A stretch of 15,722 nucleotides of DNA, from NCBI GenBank assembly GCA_038891095.1, contig JAWAEV010000012.1, positions 1 to 15,722 on the forward strand. The letters run 5' to 3'. The translations under genes and the position numbers were made by a program. Under the pieces are notes generated by a model. That model was not told where the DNA came from and did not search any database. It saw nothing but the letters and a program-made list of their open reading frames with translations. Within the stretch, counting starts at the first letter, position 1, and every line of letters begins with the position of its first letter. Source of the DNA: Candidatus Altiarchaeota archaeon (GTDB taxonomy: Archaea; Altiarchaeota; Altiarchaeia; IMC4; QMZM01). Positions 7,240-15,522 of this stretch are shown here, piece after piece.

Positions 7240-9161
7240 ATTGCACCTCTAGATTTATAGAGTATTGCCTCAATCATGAGTAAAAGCAAAGAGAGAGAAA
7301 GCAGATATTGCCATATAAAATTTCTCTCCTTAATTCTCTCCTGAAAAATATTAAAATTTTTGTCATTTATTGTTTCTATGCCAACAGAGTTAAAGATGTT
7401 TGATTCTTCAGAGTTACAAAGGCTAACTACTATGGTTTCATTTTTTCTTGTAGTATTGCTTTCTATTGTTGCTTTGTAAATCCCAATTTCATCAAGGATA
7501 ATTTCTTTTGAGTATAAAACTTTTCCAGATGGTGTTGTTAAATTTGCTATGGATGGTAATATAAGATGCTCTCCAGAATTTAAATTTTTTGTTTGAATTA
7601 TCTCTTCTTTATTTAAAAATTCTATAAGCTGTGATATGAATATTGGAAATGAAGATGCTATATGAAAATTGCTCCACTCAGGCAATGGATTTATGCCAAT
7701 AAAAGCAACTTTCCCTTTGCCATAGTCTCTTAGTGCTATAACTGCAGAGTTTTTTGTTTTTGCAATAATAAGAGTATTATTCTTCTCCCTATTTTTTATG
7801 TATTTATTTAGGAGTACACTCTCAAGTGAAACATCATCAAGAATTTCATGCTTTTTTTCAATATTTATTGTGCTCGTTGCTTCTACTATAGAATCAACAT
7901 TCACAGGTAAAATATCAGCAAGATTTTCATCCTTAGTGTTAACAAGGTAGCTACTTGCAATTATAACTAATTTCCCACCCTTCGCTATATAATTTTTAAT
8001 TTCTGTAAATACTGTTTGTATTAAAAGCTCTTTATTAACATTGCCAAGTATAACTAAGTCAAATTCATTTATGTTTGGAATAACAGGCGGATTTGAAACT
8101 TTAACTGAAAACTTAGGATTAGATTCAAGAGCAATTTTTAAGTAGGGATCTGAATTTGTTATGAGCAAAATTTTATAATTTTTAACTTCTGGCAGAAGAA
8201 AGTATGCTAAGTTGTCCAATGCTAGGGCATCATCATTCTTTATCTTTACAGTTATTATGTGCTGATCATTTGAGCATTCACCTCTATAGTAGAATAACTC
8301 TTCAGAAAAAGGTCGAATTTTTTTTGAGATTTTGTTGTTTACGAGTTTATCATCAATATAAATCTCTGCTATAACCTCTTCAGAAAAATTGTTAAAATTT
8401 TCAACTGTGAATGCTGAATAAAATTCATTGATTTTAGTTAAAAATCTTTTTGCATTTATATTAGTTATAGCAAAATTTTTTCCACTACCTATAACTTTCA
8501 CAAATTTGACATCGATATTTTTATTTAACGAACTACTTTTTGCGAGTTTTACATCACCAACATTTGAGAAGTCTGAGAAAACATAAATTTTCTTTGGTTT
8601 TAACTCAGACGATGATAAAATATCATTTGCAAGCATTATTGCACTATATAAATCAGAATCTGAATCACTTGCAGAGAGTTCTTTTATCAGAGAAATTGCA
8701 GTTTCTTTATCAGAATTTTTTAAGAGCAATATCGGCACTCTCTCAGCAAAGATAATACTAATGTAGCTATCATAGCTTTCATCATTGAGAATTGAAATTG
8801 CTAATTCTTTGGCTTTTTCAAATCTACTTTCTTTAATATCATTTGACTGCATTGAGATAGCACCATCAATTATCATAGCTATGCTAGCTCTCTCTTTTTT
8901 TGATGTTTCTGAAATAAAAAAAGGATTTGCTATACTAAGTGCTAATAGCATAATGATAAAAATTTGTACTATAAGCAATGGATCCCTGATAAATTTCTTG
9001 AAAAAAGAGCTAAACCTCTTGCTCTTCTCTATGTGCATTATAAACATAATGCTCGGGAATTTTAAATTTTTTGGTTTTGGTTTTAGTAGATAAAGTATTA
9101 TTATTGGTAATAACAATAGTAACAATAATAGCGCATCAGGCCTCAATAGGTCAATTGGCAT
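7236..9161 (-). CDS. BatA (aerotolerance regulator N-terminal) plus vWA domain membrane protein
   Basis: N-terminal LLPIIILYLLKPKPKNLKFPSIMF...LLIVQIFIIMLLALSIANP is the BatA double-TM signature. Followed by a vWA domain (IIDGAISM, SRFEKAK, VFSDF), LALDN, GKGKVAF and a C-terminal TM helix. ATGA overlap with the downstream gene at 7236-7239. Confidence 0.85.
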   Translation of the reverse strand: MPIDLLRPDALLLLLLLLPIIILYLLKPKPKNLKFPSIMFIMHIEKSKRFSSFFKKFIRDPLLIVQIFIIMLLALSIANPFFISETSKKERASIAMIIDGAISMQSNDIKESRFEKAKELAISILNDESYDSYISIIFAERVPILLLKNSDKETAISLIKELSASDSDSDLYSAIMLANDILSSSELKPKKIYVFSDFSNVGDVKLAKSSSLNKNIDVKFVKVIGSGKNFAITNINAKRFLTKINEFYSAFTVENFNNFSEEVIAEIYIDDKLVNNKISKKIRPFSEELFYYRGECSNDQHIITVKIKNDDALALDNLAYFLLPEVKNYKILLITNSDPYLKIALESNPKFSVKVSNPPVIPNINEFDLVILGNVNKELLIQTVFTEIKNYIAKGGKLVIIASSYLVNTKDENLADILPVNVDSIVEATSTINIEKKHEILDDVSLESVLLNKYIKNREKNNTLIIAKTKNSAVIALRDYGKGKVAFIGINPLPEWSNFHIASSFPIFISQLIEFLNKEEIIQTKNLNSGEHLILPSIANLTTPSGKVLYSKEIILDEIGIYKATIESNTTRKNETIVVSLCNSEESNIFNSVGIETINDKNFNIFQERIKERNFIWQYLLSLSLLLLMIEAILYKSRGAI

Positions 9162-9207
9162 TTTATTTTAATAATTTTTATTATACTTGGTAGCTAATAA
9201 TAATATT

Positions 9208-9645
9208 ATGACAAATTATAAAAAGCACCTATTGGTTTATTTTTTCATCTCAGCAATAATATTTTCATTTTTTCTCCATTTTAAATTTTTTATAAATCCT
9301 GAAATTCTCTTAACTTCTTTCTTTGTTGGTATGGCATATACTTTCCTTCCTGATATTGATGTGCCAAGTTCTAAGATTAGAGTAATTGTAACAAAAATTT
9401 CACTTGCTGCAATACTTGTGGCTTTATTGCTATACGCTTTCTATATACCTAATAAGACATTAATTTTCATTTCAATTTTTTTGGCAGTTCTTCTATATCT
9501 CTTAGAATTTACTAAGCATAGAGGATTTTTTCATTCGATTTTAGCAGGAATATTTCTTTCTGCTCCCTTCTATTTTATAAATCTATACTCTTTTATTTTT
9601 GCTATGCTCGGATTTATTTCACATATATTAGCTGATAGAATATAA
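9208..9645 (+). CDS. Membrane-bound metal-dependent hydrolase (YdjM-like)
   Basis: Motifs LPDID, HRGFFHS and SHILAD plus an N-terminal His (KKH) in a multi-TM protein. ATG at 9208 preferred over the TTG at 9187. Confidence 0.85.
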   Translation: MTNYKKHLLVYFFISAIIFSFFLHFKFFINPEILLTSFFVGMAYTFLPDIDVPSSKIRVIVTKISLAAILVALLLYAFYIPNKTLIFISIFLAVLLYLLEFTKHRGFFHSILAGIFLSAPFYFINLYSFIFAMLGFISHILADRI

Positions 9646-9646
9646 A

Positions 9647-9665
9647 TGTTATATAAAATATAACA
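9647..9665. promoter_or_regulatory. Palindrome TGTTATAT-AAA-ATATAACA (copy downstream of the wHTH gene)
   Basis: 8-bp perfect arms; 18/19 identical to 10208-10226. Confidence 0.65.
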
Positions 9666-9671
9666 ATATCA

Positions 9672-10202
9672 TTAATAACTCCTTATTTTTTCTCTCCAAT
9701 ATAGAAATTCATTATAGAGCACTATTGTATCCTCATGCAAAATTTGATCTTTAATAGCTCTGAATTCACTTAAATTTAAAATTTTCATTATTTTTGATTC
9801 TGATAAGCTTTCACTTGAATAAGAGGTAATTAATATAACTTCAGAGTTTTTTCTATTATATAGAACAATTGCTGGCTCCCAAATTAAGGTCAAAATGTCA
9901 TTTGTTATGTCCTGTAGCTTTAATAGCGATGGATTTTTTCTGAAGAATTCTTGCCTTCTTTCTAACTCAAAATATTCAAAGATTTTCAATAAAAACTCAT
10001 TTTTTAAATTCGCTCTAAAAAAACTCCTATTCTTCTCTTTTCTAACATTCAGAAAGCCTTTTTTTAAGAAATAATGCAGGTATTTATGTGCATTGTCCAC
10101 AGGAATTTTTGCAATTCTTGAAATTTCCCTTAAATAATACTCCTTAAATGGTTCTTCAAAGAAAATTTTTAAAATCCTCTCCTTGCCTTTTTTCATTTCC
10201 AT
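9672..10202 (-). CDS. Winged-HTH DNA-binding protein with an apparently degenerate C-terminal nucleotidyltransferase-like region
   Basis: ILKIFFEEPFKEYYLREISRIAKIPVDNAHKYLHYFLKKGFL...KNRSFFRANL is the wHTH commonly fused to MNT domains in archaea. The C-terminal half lacks the GS...DxD motif. Confidence 0.75.
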   Translation of the reverse strand: MEMKKGKERILKIFFEEPFKEYYLREISRIAKIPVDNAHKYLHYFLKKGFLNVRKEKNRSFFRANLKNEFLLKIFEYFELERRQEFFRKNPSLLKLQDITNDILTLIWEPAIVLYNRKNSEVILITSYSSESLSESKIMKILNLSEFRAIKDQILHEDTIVLYNEFLYWREKIRSY

Positions 10203-10205
10203 ATT

Positions 10206-10228
10206 TTTGTTATATAATATATAACAAA
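10206..10228. promoter_or_regulatory. Operator-like palindrome TTTGTTATATA-A-TATATAACAAA directly upstream of the wHTH gene
   Basis: 11-bp perfect arms located between the start codon (10202) and a TATA-box-like TTTATAAA (10231-10238). Confidence 0.7.
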
Positions 10229-10271
10229 CATTTATAAATCAATCTATTCTTTTATGTTAACTAATTTAAGT

Positions 10272-10301
10272 TACAACAATGCCAATACAACAATGCCAAT
10301 A
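10272..10301. repeat. Perfect 14-bp tandem duplication (TACAACAATGCCAA x2, plus TA)
   Basis: Read directly at 10272-10285 and 10286-10299 in the divergent wHTH/taw3 intergenic region. Confidence 0.9.
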
Positions 10302-10390
10302 AATTTAAATTATTCTCCATTCATTTTCTGAGGAGTTCAAATTTTTTGATTTGTTTTTCTTTTAAATTTCTATAAATTCTATAATTTACA

Positions 10391-10987
10391 ATGAAAAATT
10401 CAGATAAGCGGTTTTCTGATCAAAAAAAATTTGCAATGAGTAGGTTAGAAAAAGCAATAAATAAGGGAGAAGTTGATCACGCTATACTATCTTTAATCAA
10501 ATATATCAACTCCTTAGATGATTTCTATACAACATCAACATGCTCAGGGAGAATTGCCCTTCTCCAAGATGTTGGCTCAAAAAAAGAAAATTTCCATTTA
10601 GCGAAGTGGCATAGAAATGTTAAATTTCCAGAGTTGAAAAGTGTTATAGTGGGGCTACCAACTAAGGGCATAACTTGGTTTATTCAGGAATCTAGCATTA
10701 TGCATATCGTTTCAAGAAATTTTGATGGAGGTGCAAATTTGCTTAGATTGGCTTTATCAAATGGTTTTAAGCATTCTGGTTTTCAAGGATTGAAAGATGG
10801 TAGGTTTGTTGTTGAAATATGTAGTAGTGAAAGGATGGAAGTGCCAATTGCATCTAATGGTAGTTTACTTGTTTCTGATGAGTATCTTAGATATCTCTTA
10901 AATTTAGCAAATAAAAAATTTTCAAAATCTCAGCAGAGATTAAAAAAATTTGAGAAAGTTCTGAAAAGAAAGTTAAGAGAGAGTTAG
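10391..10987 (+). CDS. taw3: tRNA(Phe) wyosine-derivative methyltransferase Taw3/TYW3
   Basis: VDxxI...INS, YTTSTCSGRI, KWH, HIVSR, GFKHSG, VEICSSERMEVPI and YLLNLANKK match the TYW3 family. Confidence 0.93.
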   Translation: MKNSDKRFSDQKKFAMSRLEKAINKGEVDHAILSLIKYINSLDDFYTTSTCSGRIALLQDVGSKKENFHLAKWHRNVKFPELKSVIVGLPTKGITWFIQESSIMHIVSRNFDGGANLLRLALSNGFKHSGFQGLKDGRFVVEICSSERMEVPIASNGSLLVSDEYLRYLLNLANKKFSKSQQRLKKFEKVLKRKLRES

Positions 10988-11020
10988 TTGATTTTTAAAT
11001 AAGAAAGATATAAAGAATAT

Positions 11021-12451
11021 ATGTCTAAAATGCTTCAAGCAAAACAAGTTCGTGAAGGTGTTTGGGAATTTTTTCCTGAAAATGCAAAGGTTCCTGTAAG
11101 AATTTATGCCACTGAAAAACTGCTTAGGCAGATGGAAGAAGGTGTTTTCAAGCAGGCGGAGAATGTTTCTAAACTACCAGGAATACAAAAAGCAAGTTTA
11201 GTTATGCCTGATGGTCATTATGGTTATGGTTTTCCTATTGGTGGAGTTGCTGCATTCTCTCTTGATGATGGAATTGTAAGCCCGGGAGGAGTTGGTTATG
11301 ATATAAATTGCGGCGTCCGTCTTTTAGCTACGCCATTATCAGAAAAAGAATTGAGGCCAAAATTGAATTCTCTTATTGAAAATTTATTCCGAAACATACC
11401 CTCAGGTGTTGGATCAGAGTCAAAGCTAAGGGTTTCAGATAATGAGTTAAAAGAAATTGCTATAAATGGGGCTCGTTGGGCAGTTGAGCATGGTTATGGA
11501 ACAGAAAAGGATTTACAGCATACTGAGGAGCTTGGATGCATATCTGGGGCAAATCCAGATAAAGTAAGTAAAAGAGCGGTTGATAGAGGTAAACCTCAAA
11601 TAGGAACTCTTGGTGCTGGGAATCATTTCTTAGAAGTGCAGAAGGTTGATAAAATTTTTAATTTTGAGATTGCAAAAAAATTTGGTATTGAATTTGAAGG
11701 GCAAATTACAGTGATGATACACTGCGGCAGCAGAGGTTATGGACATCAAATTGCTGATGACTATATAAAAGTGATGCTTTCTGCTGCAAGGAAATATAAA
11801 ATTTCTTTACCTGATCAAGAACTTTCATGTGCTCCTCTGAACTCAGAAGAAGCTAAAGCCTATATATCTGCAATGAAATGTGCTGTAAATTACGCATTTT
11901 GCAATAGACAAATGATAACTCATTGGGTAAGGAAAACATTTGAAAATTTATTTGGAGATACTGAAATCAACCTAATTTATGATGTCTGCCATAATATCGC
12001 TAAATTTGAAGAACATGAGATTAATGGCCATAAAGAAGAAGTTTGTGTTCATCGCAAAGGTGCGACAAGGGCCTTTGCATCTGGAAGAAAAGAAATTCCT
12101 CAAGAATATAGAGCTATTGGCCAACCTGTTATAATTCCTGGTAGTATGGGAACAGCCTCTTATCTTTTAATAGGAACTGAAAAGGCAATGAATGAGACTT
12201 TTGGGTCAACATGTCATGGTTCTGGTAGAGTCATGTCAAGACATGGTGCCCTAAGAGAAGTCCGTGGCGAAGAAGTCAAAAGAAAATTAGAAGCTAAGGG
12301 AGAAGTTATCAGAGCAGCATCATGGAAAGTTCTTGCGGAGGAGATGCCTGAGGCTTATAAAGATATTGATGAAGTTATTCAGTCTGTAGAAATTAGTGGA
12401 ATTTCAAAGCCAATAGCAAAAATGATACCGATAGGTGTTACTAAAGGTTAA
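11021..12451 (+). CDS. rtcB: tRNA-splicing/RNA repair ligase RtcB
   Basis: MPDGHYGYGFPIGGV, GVGYDINCG, GTLGAGNHFLE, HCGSRG, HNIAK, HRKGAT, PGSMG, STCHGSGR (His nucleophile) and EEMPEAYKD; 476 aa, no intein. Confidence 0.98.
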   Translation: MSKMLQAKQVREGVWEFFPENAKVPVRIYATEKLLRQMEEGVFKQAENVSKLPGIQKASLVMPDGHYGYGFPIGGVAAFSLDDGIVSPGGVGYDINCGVRLLATPLSEKELRPKLNSLIENLFRNIPSGVGSESKLRVSDNELKEIAINGARWAVEHGYGTEKDLQHTEELGCISGANPDKVSKRAVDRGKPQIGTLGAGNHFLEVQKVDKIFNFEIAKKFGIEFEGQITVMIHCGSRGYGHQIADDYIKVMLSAARKYKISLPDQELSCAPLNSEEAKAYISAMKCAVNYAFCNRQMITHWVRKTFENLFGDTEINLIYDVCHNIAKFEEHEINGHKEEVCVHRKGATRAFASGRKEIPQEYRAIGQPVIIPGSMGTASYLLIGTEKAMNETFGSTCHGSGRVMSRHGALREVRGEEVKRKLEAKGEVIRAASWKVLAEEMPEAYKDIDEVIQSVEISGISKPIAKMIPIGVTKG

Positions 12452-12689
12452 TTGTTCTTTATATCTAAAAAAAATTAATACAAAATTTGTTTTTATTTCA
12501 TTAATATGTTAGTATGTACTTATTTTTGCCATTTGTTTTTCATTATAAGTGACATTTTCAACTAAATTTATCAAAAAATTAAAAAAAATTTAAACAAAAT
12601 GCTTGCTCTATCTCATTTTTAAATATTAAATTCAATATTATATATCAATTTTTGTTCTAATATAAATCACATAAAATCACACATATATA

Positions 12690-15509
12690 ATGAAAATAAA
12701 CCTGCTATCGTTGAAGGCAATATTTATTAAATCGACCTCTATAATATTAATTTTATCCTTACTTCTCTCACTTTCTGAATATGCTTTTGCATTGGAAAGT
12801 AGCTTAAGCATAAGTTCAATTGCTTCATCATCTGCTAATGTACCTAATCTATCAATTTCTAGCTCTGTAATAAGCACAAAATCTACTGGTAGTATATCAA
12901 GCTTATCAGCTTCATCATCAACCCCAACACAAAAACTCTCAATAGCATCACAACCAACAAAACTCCAAATAAGCACAGCATCTACAGGCAGTATAGCAAC
13001 CTTAGCAAGCTCAACCCCAACACAAAAACTCTCAATAGCCTCACAACCAACAAAACTCCAAATAAATACTCCAACAATAGGCAGTATAGCAAGCTCAAGC
13101 TCAACACAAAAACTCTCAATATCACAACCAACAAAACTCCAAATAAGCACAGCATCTACAGGCAGTATAGCAACCTTAGCAAGCTCACAACAGACACCTC
13201 AGCTTAAAATCTCTCAACAACCAACAAAACTCCAAATAAATACTCCAACAATAGGCAGTATAGCAAGCACCTCAACCCCAACACAAAAACTCTCAATATC
13301 ACAACCAACAAAACTCCAAATAAACACTCCAACAATAGGCAGTATAGCAAGCACCTCAACCCCAACACAAAAACTCTCAATAAATCCTGGAAATTCAAAT
13401 ACTTTGCTTAGTGGTTTAACTATAGGAAATTCTAAAAAAGAAAATCGTCTAAGTATTGCCTCTATTTCTAAGCAGAAGGGTCAATTACAAATATCCCCTA
13501 AAGCAGGAAACAATATTGCTAAAATTATTGCTGACAATGGCGGTAAAATTGCTAAACTTTCATTAACAACTTCAAATAAAGTAGATAATCCTAACATTGC
13601 AACAACATTAAAGACAGCAGAAAATAAACTTAGTGAGTTAAGCATAGCTTCATTAGCCAATGAAAAAGTATCACAGCCAAAAAATAAACTAAGTATCGCA
13701 TCTCTAACTAATGGTACAAACTCAATGACGATATCTCAGATATCAATTCCAAAGTCTGAGATAAGTAAACTAAAAGTATCAGACACGCTTTCAGCAAACA
13801 AAATCAATAGCAAGTTTTCAATTGCAAAACTTAGTGAAAATATTGGAATAAAATATGATGCAAAACAAGATAATACTCTTACTACGGCATCTGTAGGTGG
13901 AGGAGTAGGCATATTTGCTCATGCGGCTAGTTCTGGGAGAATTGGAAAACCGATAACAACACCTAAGTTAGAGCTAGATCAACTTGTCGCTATTCATTTA
14001 ACTGATACTTTCCCCGAAAATGGTATAATAAAAACTACGGGCAATTATAAAACCTCTTTGAGTAGTATAGGAGGAAAAAAAGCAGTTGTTCCAAGAGAGA
14101 CAATTCACTTCTCACTTAATGGACCTGTTAATGCTCACATGGGAGGAGACTGGACCAAAAAAAGAATTGCAATTGTTGTCCCTCTCGAGGATATAAAAGA
14201 AAATGTAGTTAACCTATACTCAGTTGATACATTTACATTTGGAAATGTAAAACTTCCTACATCAGCGACGATACTTGTTAAAGAAAGTGGTCACTCTCTT
14301 ATAGGAAACCCTGGAAAAGCCAAAATTGTTGTTGTTCCTAATAATGTACCCATTCAAGAATCCGTAATAGAAGAAATTAAAAGAAAGGGCTACACTGTTG
14401 CAAGTGTTGGTGCTAATTATTGGACTAGAGTTGAGGCTGAAAATCCAATTTATTCAGCTGATGATATTGGCGATATCAGATACAATACAATGCATTGGAC
14501 TGACGAATTTACACGACTTTCAGAAGAACTTGGAAAATCAACTGGTTTACATGATCTTACTCCTTACTCTAATGTAGCGGATTATGCAGTAGATGCTTAT
14601 AGACTCCTAAATTTAGAAGGATATGAAGCAAATCCAAAGGGTGTTATAAACAGCCTAGCTGAGAACATGTTAGAAATTTATGATGATATAGACCTTTCAA
14701 TTCCAGAACAAAGAAGAGCATATGAAAGAATGGAAAGAGTTGTTAATGGGCTTATCAAAAATGTTGAAAATAAATTTGGAGTTAGACTTGATCCAGAACT
14801 TAAAAAACAACTTGAAGAAATTGCACCTGGCTCAGATTTAAGAAAAGCGAGAATTGCTGGCTTTAGACCAACTGGAACTAAAGCGTTAGTGCCAGTAGAA
14901 AAAGCAAATTTGCCAGTCGAAAAAACAAAAAATCCAATTGTTTTGAGCAAAATGCAACCTGCTGAAAATCCTAAAATAGGACTAATTCCAAAAGGTAATC
15001 CACAGATAACATCAACAGGGGTCATATCAAATATAGGAGGCAAAGTGCAAAATACTTTAAGCTCAGAAGCACTCCAAGTTGGTAGTAAAACATCTACCGG
15101 CGCATTTAGTGGGGGGGAAGTTTCAGTAGCGAAGAATATGTTGAGTAAAACCGGCATAATAAAGACTACGACACCTAAAGTCCCTATTGGAACATTAGTT
15201 GGTAAGTTTTTTGGAGTTGTAGGTTGGGTTGATATGGCTGCACCAATTGTAACATTTAAAGGTCAAGAATGGCAACAACCAACTAAGGCAGAAAAAGAGC
15301 TAGAAGCAAGACTTAAATATGATCCCAAATTTAGAAAAGCATATATAAACTCATTGATAAATAGAGAAAAAGAAGGGCAAAATGCCAGAATTGAAGCCTA
15401 TGCTTTTAAGGAGTTGACAGATGAAGAAATAGATCTTATGGTAAAAGACCCAATGAAATTTATAGAGAAAGTAAAAGCAGATATGGAGAAAGAAAATACG
15501 GAAAAGTAA
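12690..15509 (+). CDS. Large secreted protein: signal peptide, Ser/Thr-rich repeats, central globular domain (possibly ART/Tpt1-like) and helical C-terminus
   Basis: 939-aa uninterrupted ORF with a Sec-type signal ending YAFA|LE, about 350 aa of LSIAS-type low-complexity repeats, then LVAIHLTDxFP...PRETIHFSLNGPVNAHMGGDW. Function not established. Confidence 0.8.
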   Translation: MKINLLSLKAIFIKSTSIILILSLLLSLSEYAFALESSLSISSIASSSANVPNLSISSSVISTKSTGSISSLSASSSTPTQKLSIASQPTKLQISTASTGSIATLASSTPTQKLSIASQPTKLQINTPTIGSIASSSSTQKLSISQPTKLQISTASTGSIATLASSQQTPQLKISQQPTKLQINTPTIGSIASTSTPTQKLSISQPTKLQINTPTIGSIASTSTPTQKLSINPGNSNTLLSGLTIGNSKKENRLSIASISKQKGQLQISPKAGNNIAKIIADNGGKIAKLSLTTSNKVDNPNIATTLKTAENKLSELSIASLANEKVSQPKNKLSIASLTNGTNSMTISQISIPKSEISKLKVSDTLSANKINSKFSIAKLSENIGIKYDAKQDNTLTTASVGGGVGIFAHAASSGRIGKPITTPKLELDQLVAIHLTDTFPENGIIKTTGNYKTSLSSIGGKKAVVPRETIHFSLNGPVNAHMGGDWTKKRIAIVVPLEDIKENVVNLYSVDTFTFGNVKLPTSATILVKESGHSLIGNPGKAKIVVVPNNVPIQESVIEEIKRKGYTVASVGANYWTRVEAENPIYSADDIGDIRYNTMHWTDEFTRLSEELGKSTGLHDLTPYSNVADYAVDAYRLLNLEGYEANPKGVINSLAENMLEIYDDIDLSIPEQRRAYERMERVVNGLIKNVENKFGVRLDPELKKQLEEIAPGSDLRKARIAGFRPTGTKALVPVEKANLPVEKTKNPIVLSKMQPAENPKIGLIPKGNPQITSTGVISNIGGKVQNTLSSEALQVGSKTSTGAFSGGEVSVAKNMLSKTGIIKTTTPKVPIGTLVGKFFGVVGWVDMAAPIVTFKGQEWQQPTKAEKELEARLKYDPKFRKAYINSLINREKEGQNARIEAYAFKELTDEEIDLMVKDPMKFIEKVKADMEKENTEK
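12918..13382 (+). repeat. Intragenic tandem repeat of about 5.3 units of 81-93 bp, with two unit variants
   Basis: Recurring caaccaacaaaactccaaataa and acacaaaaactctcaata. Units encode TQKLSI(A)SQPTKLQI followed by either STASTGSIATLAS (A) or NTPTIGSIAS (B), in the order A-B-A-B-B. Confidence 0.95.
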
Positions 15510-15522
15510 AAAAGTTCCTGAG

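Noticed and set aside
6714-9093. Plus-strand ORFs 6714..6989, 8540..8755 and 8785..9093
   Set aside because: Antisense to the vWA genes, with no motifs.
9647-10228. Palindromes as Xer/dif sites or IS terminal inverted repeats
   Set aside because: They lack the 11-6-11 dif geometry, and there is no transposase or target-site duplication. Kept only as operator-like sites.
11021-12451. Intein in rtcB, or an adjacent tRNA/ncRNA
   Set aside because: The protein is normal length with contiguous motifs, and I saw no tRNA-like cloverleaf or GC-rich structured segment in the flanks.
12677-13398. Minus-strand ORFs 12677..13150 and 13204..13398, and the repeat as a CRISPR array
   Set aside because: The ORFs are stop-free shadows of the A/C-rich coding repeat. 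The units are in frame, have no unique spacers, and no cas genes are present.
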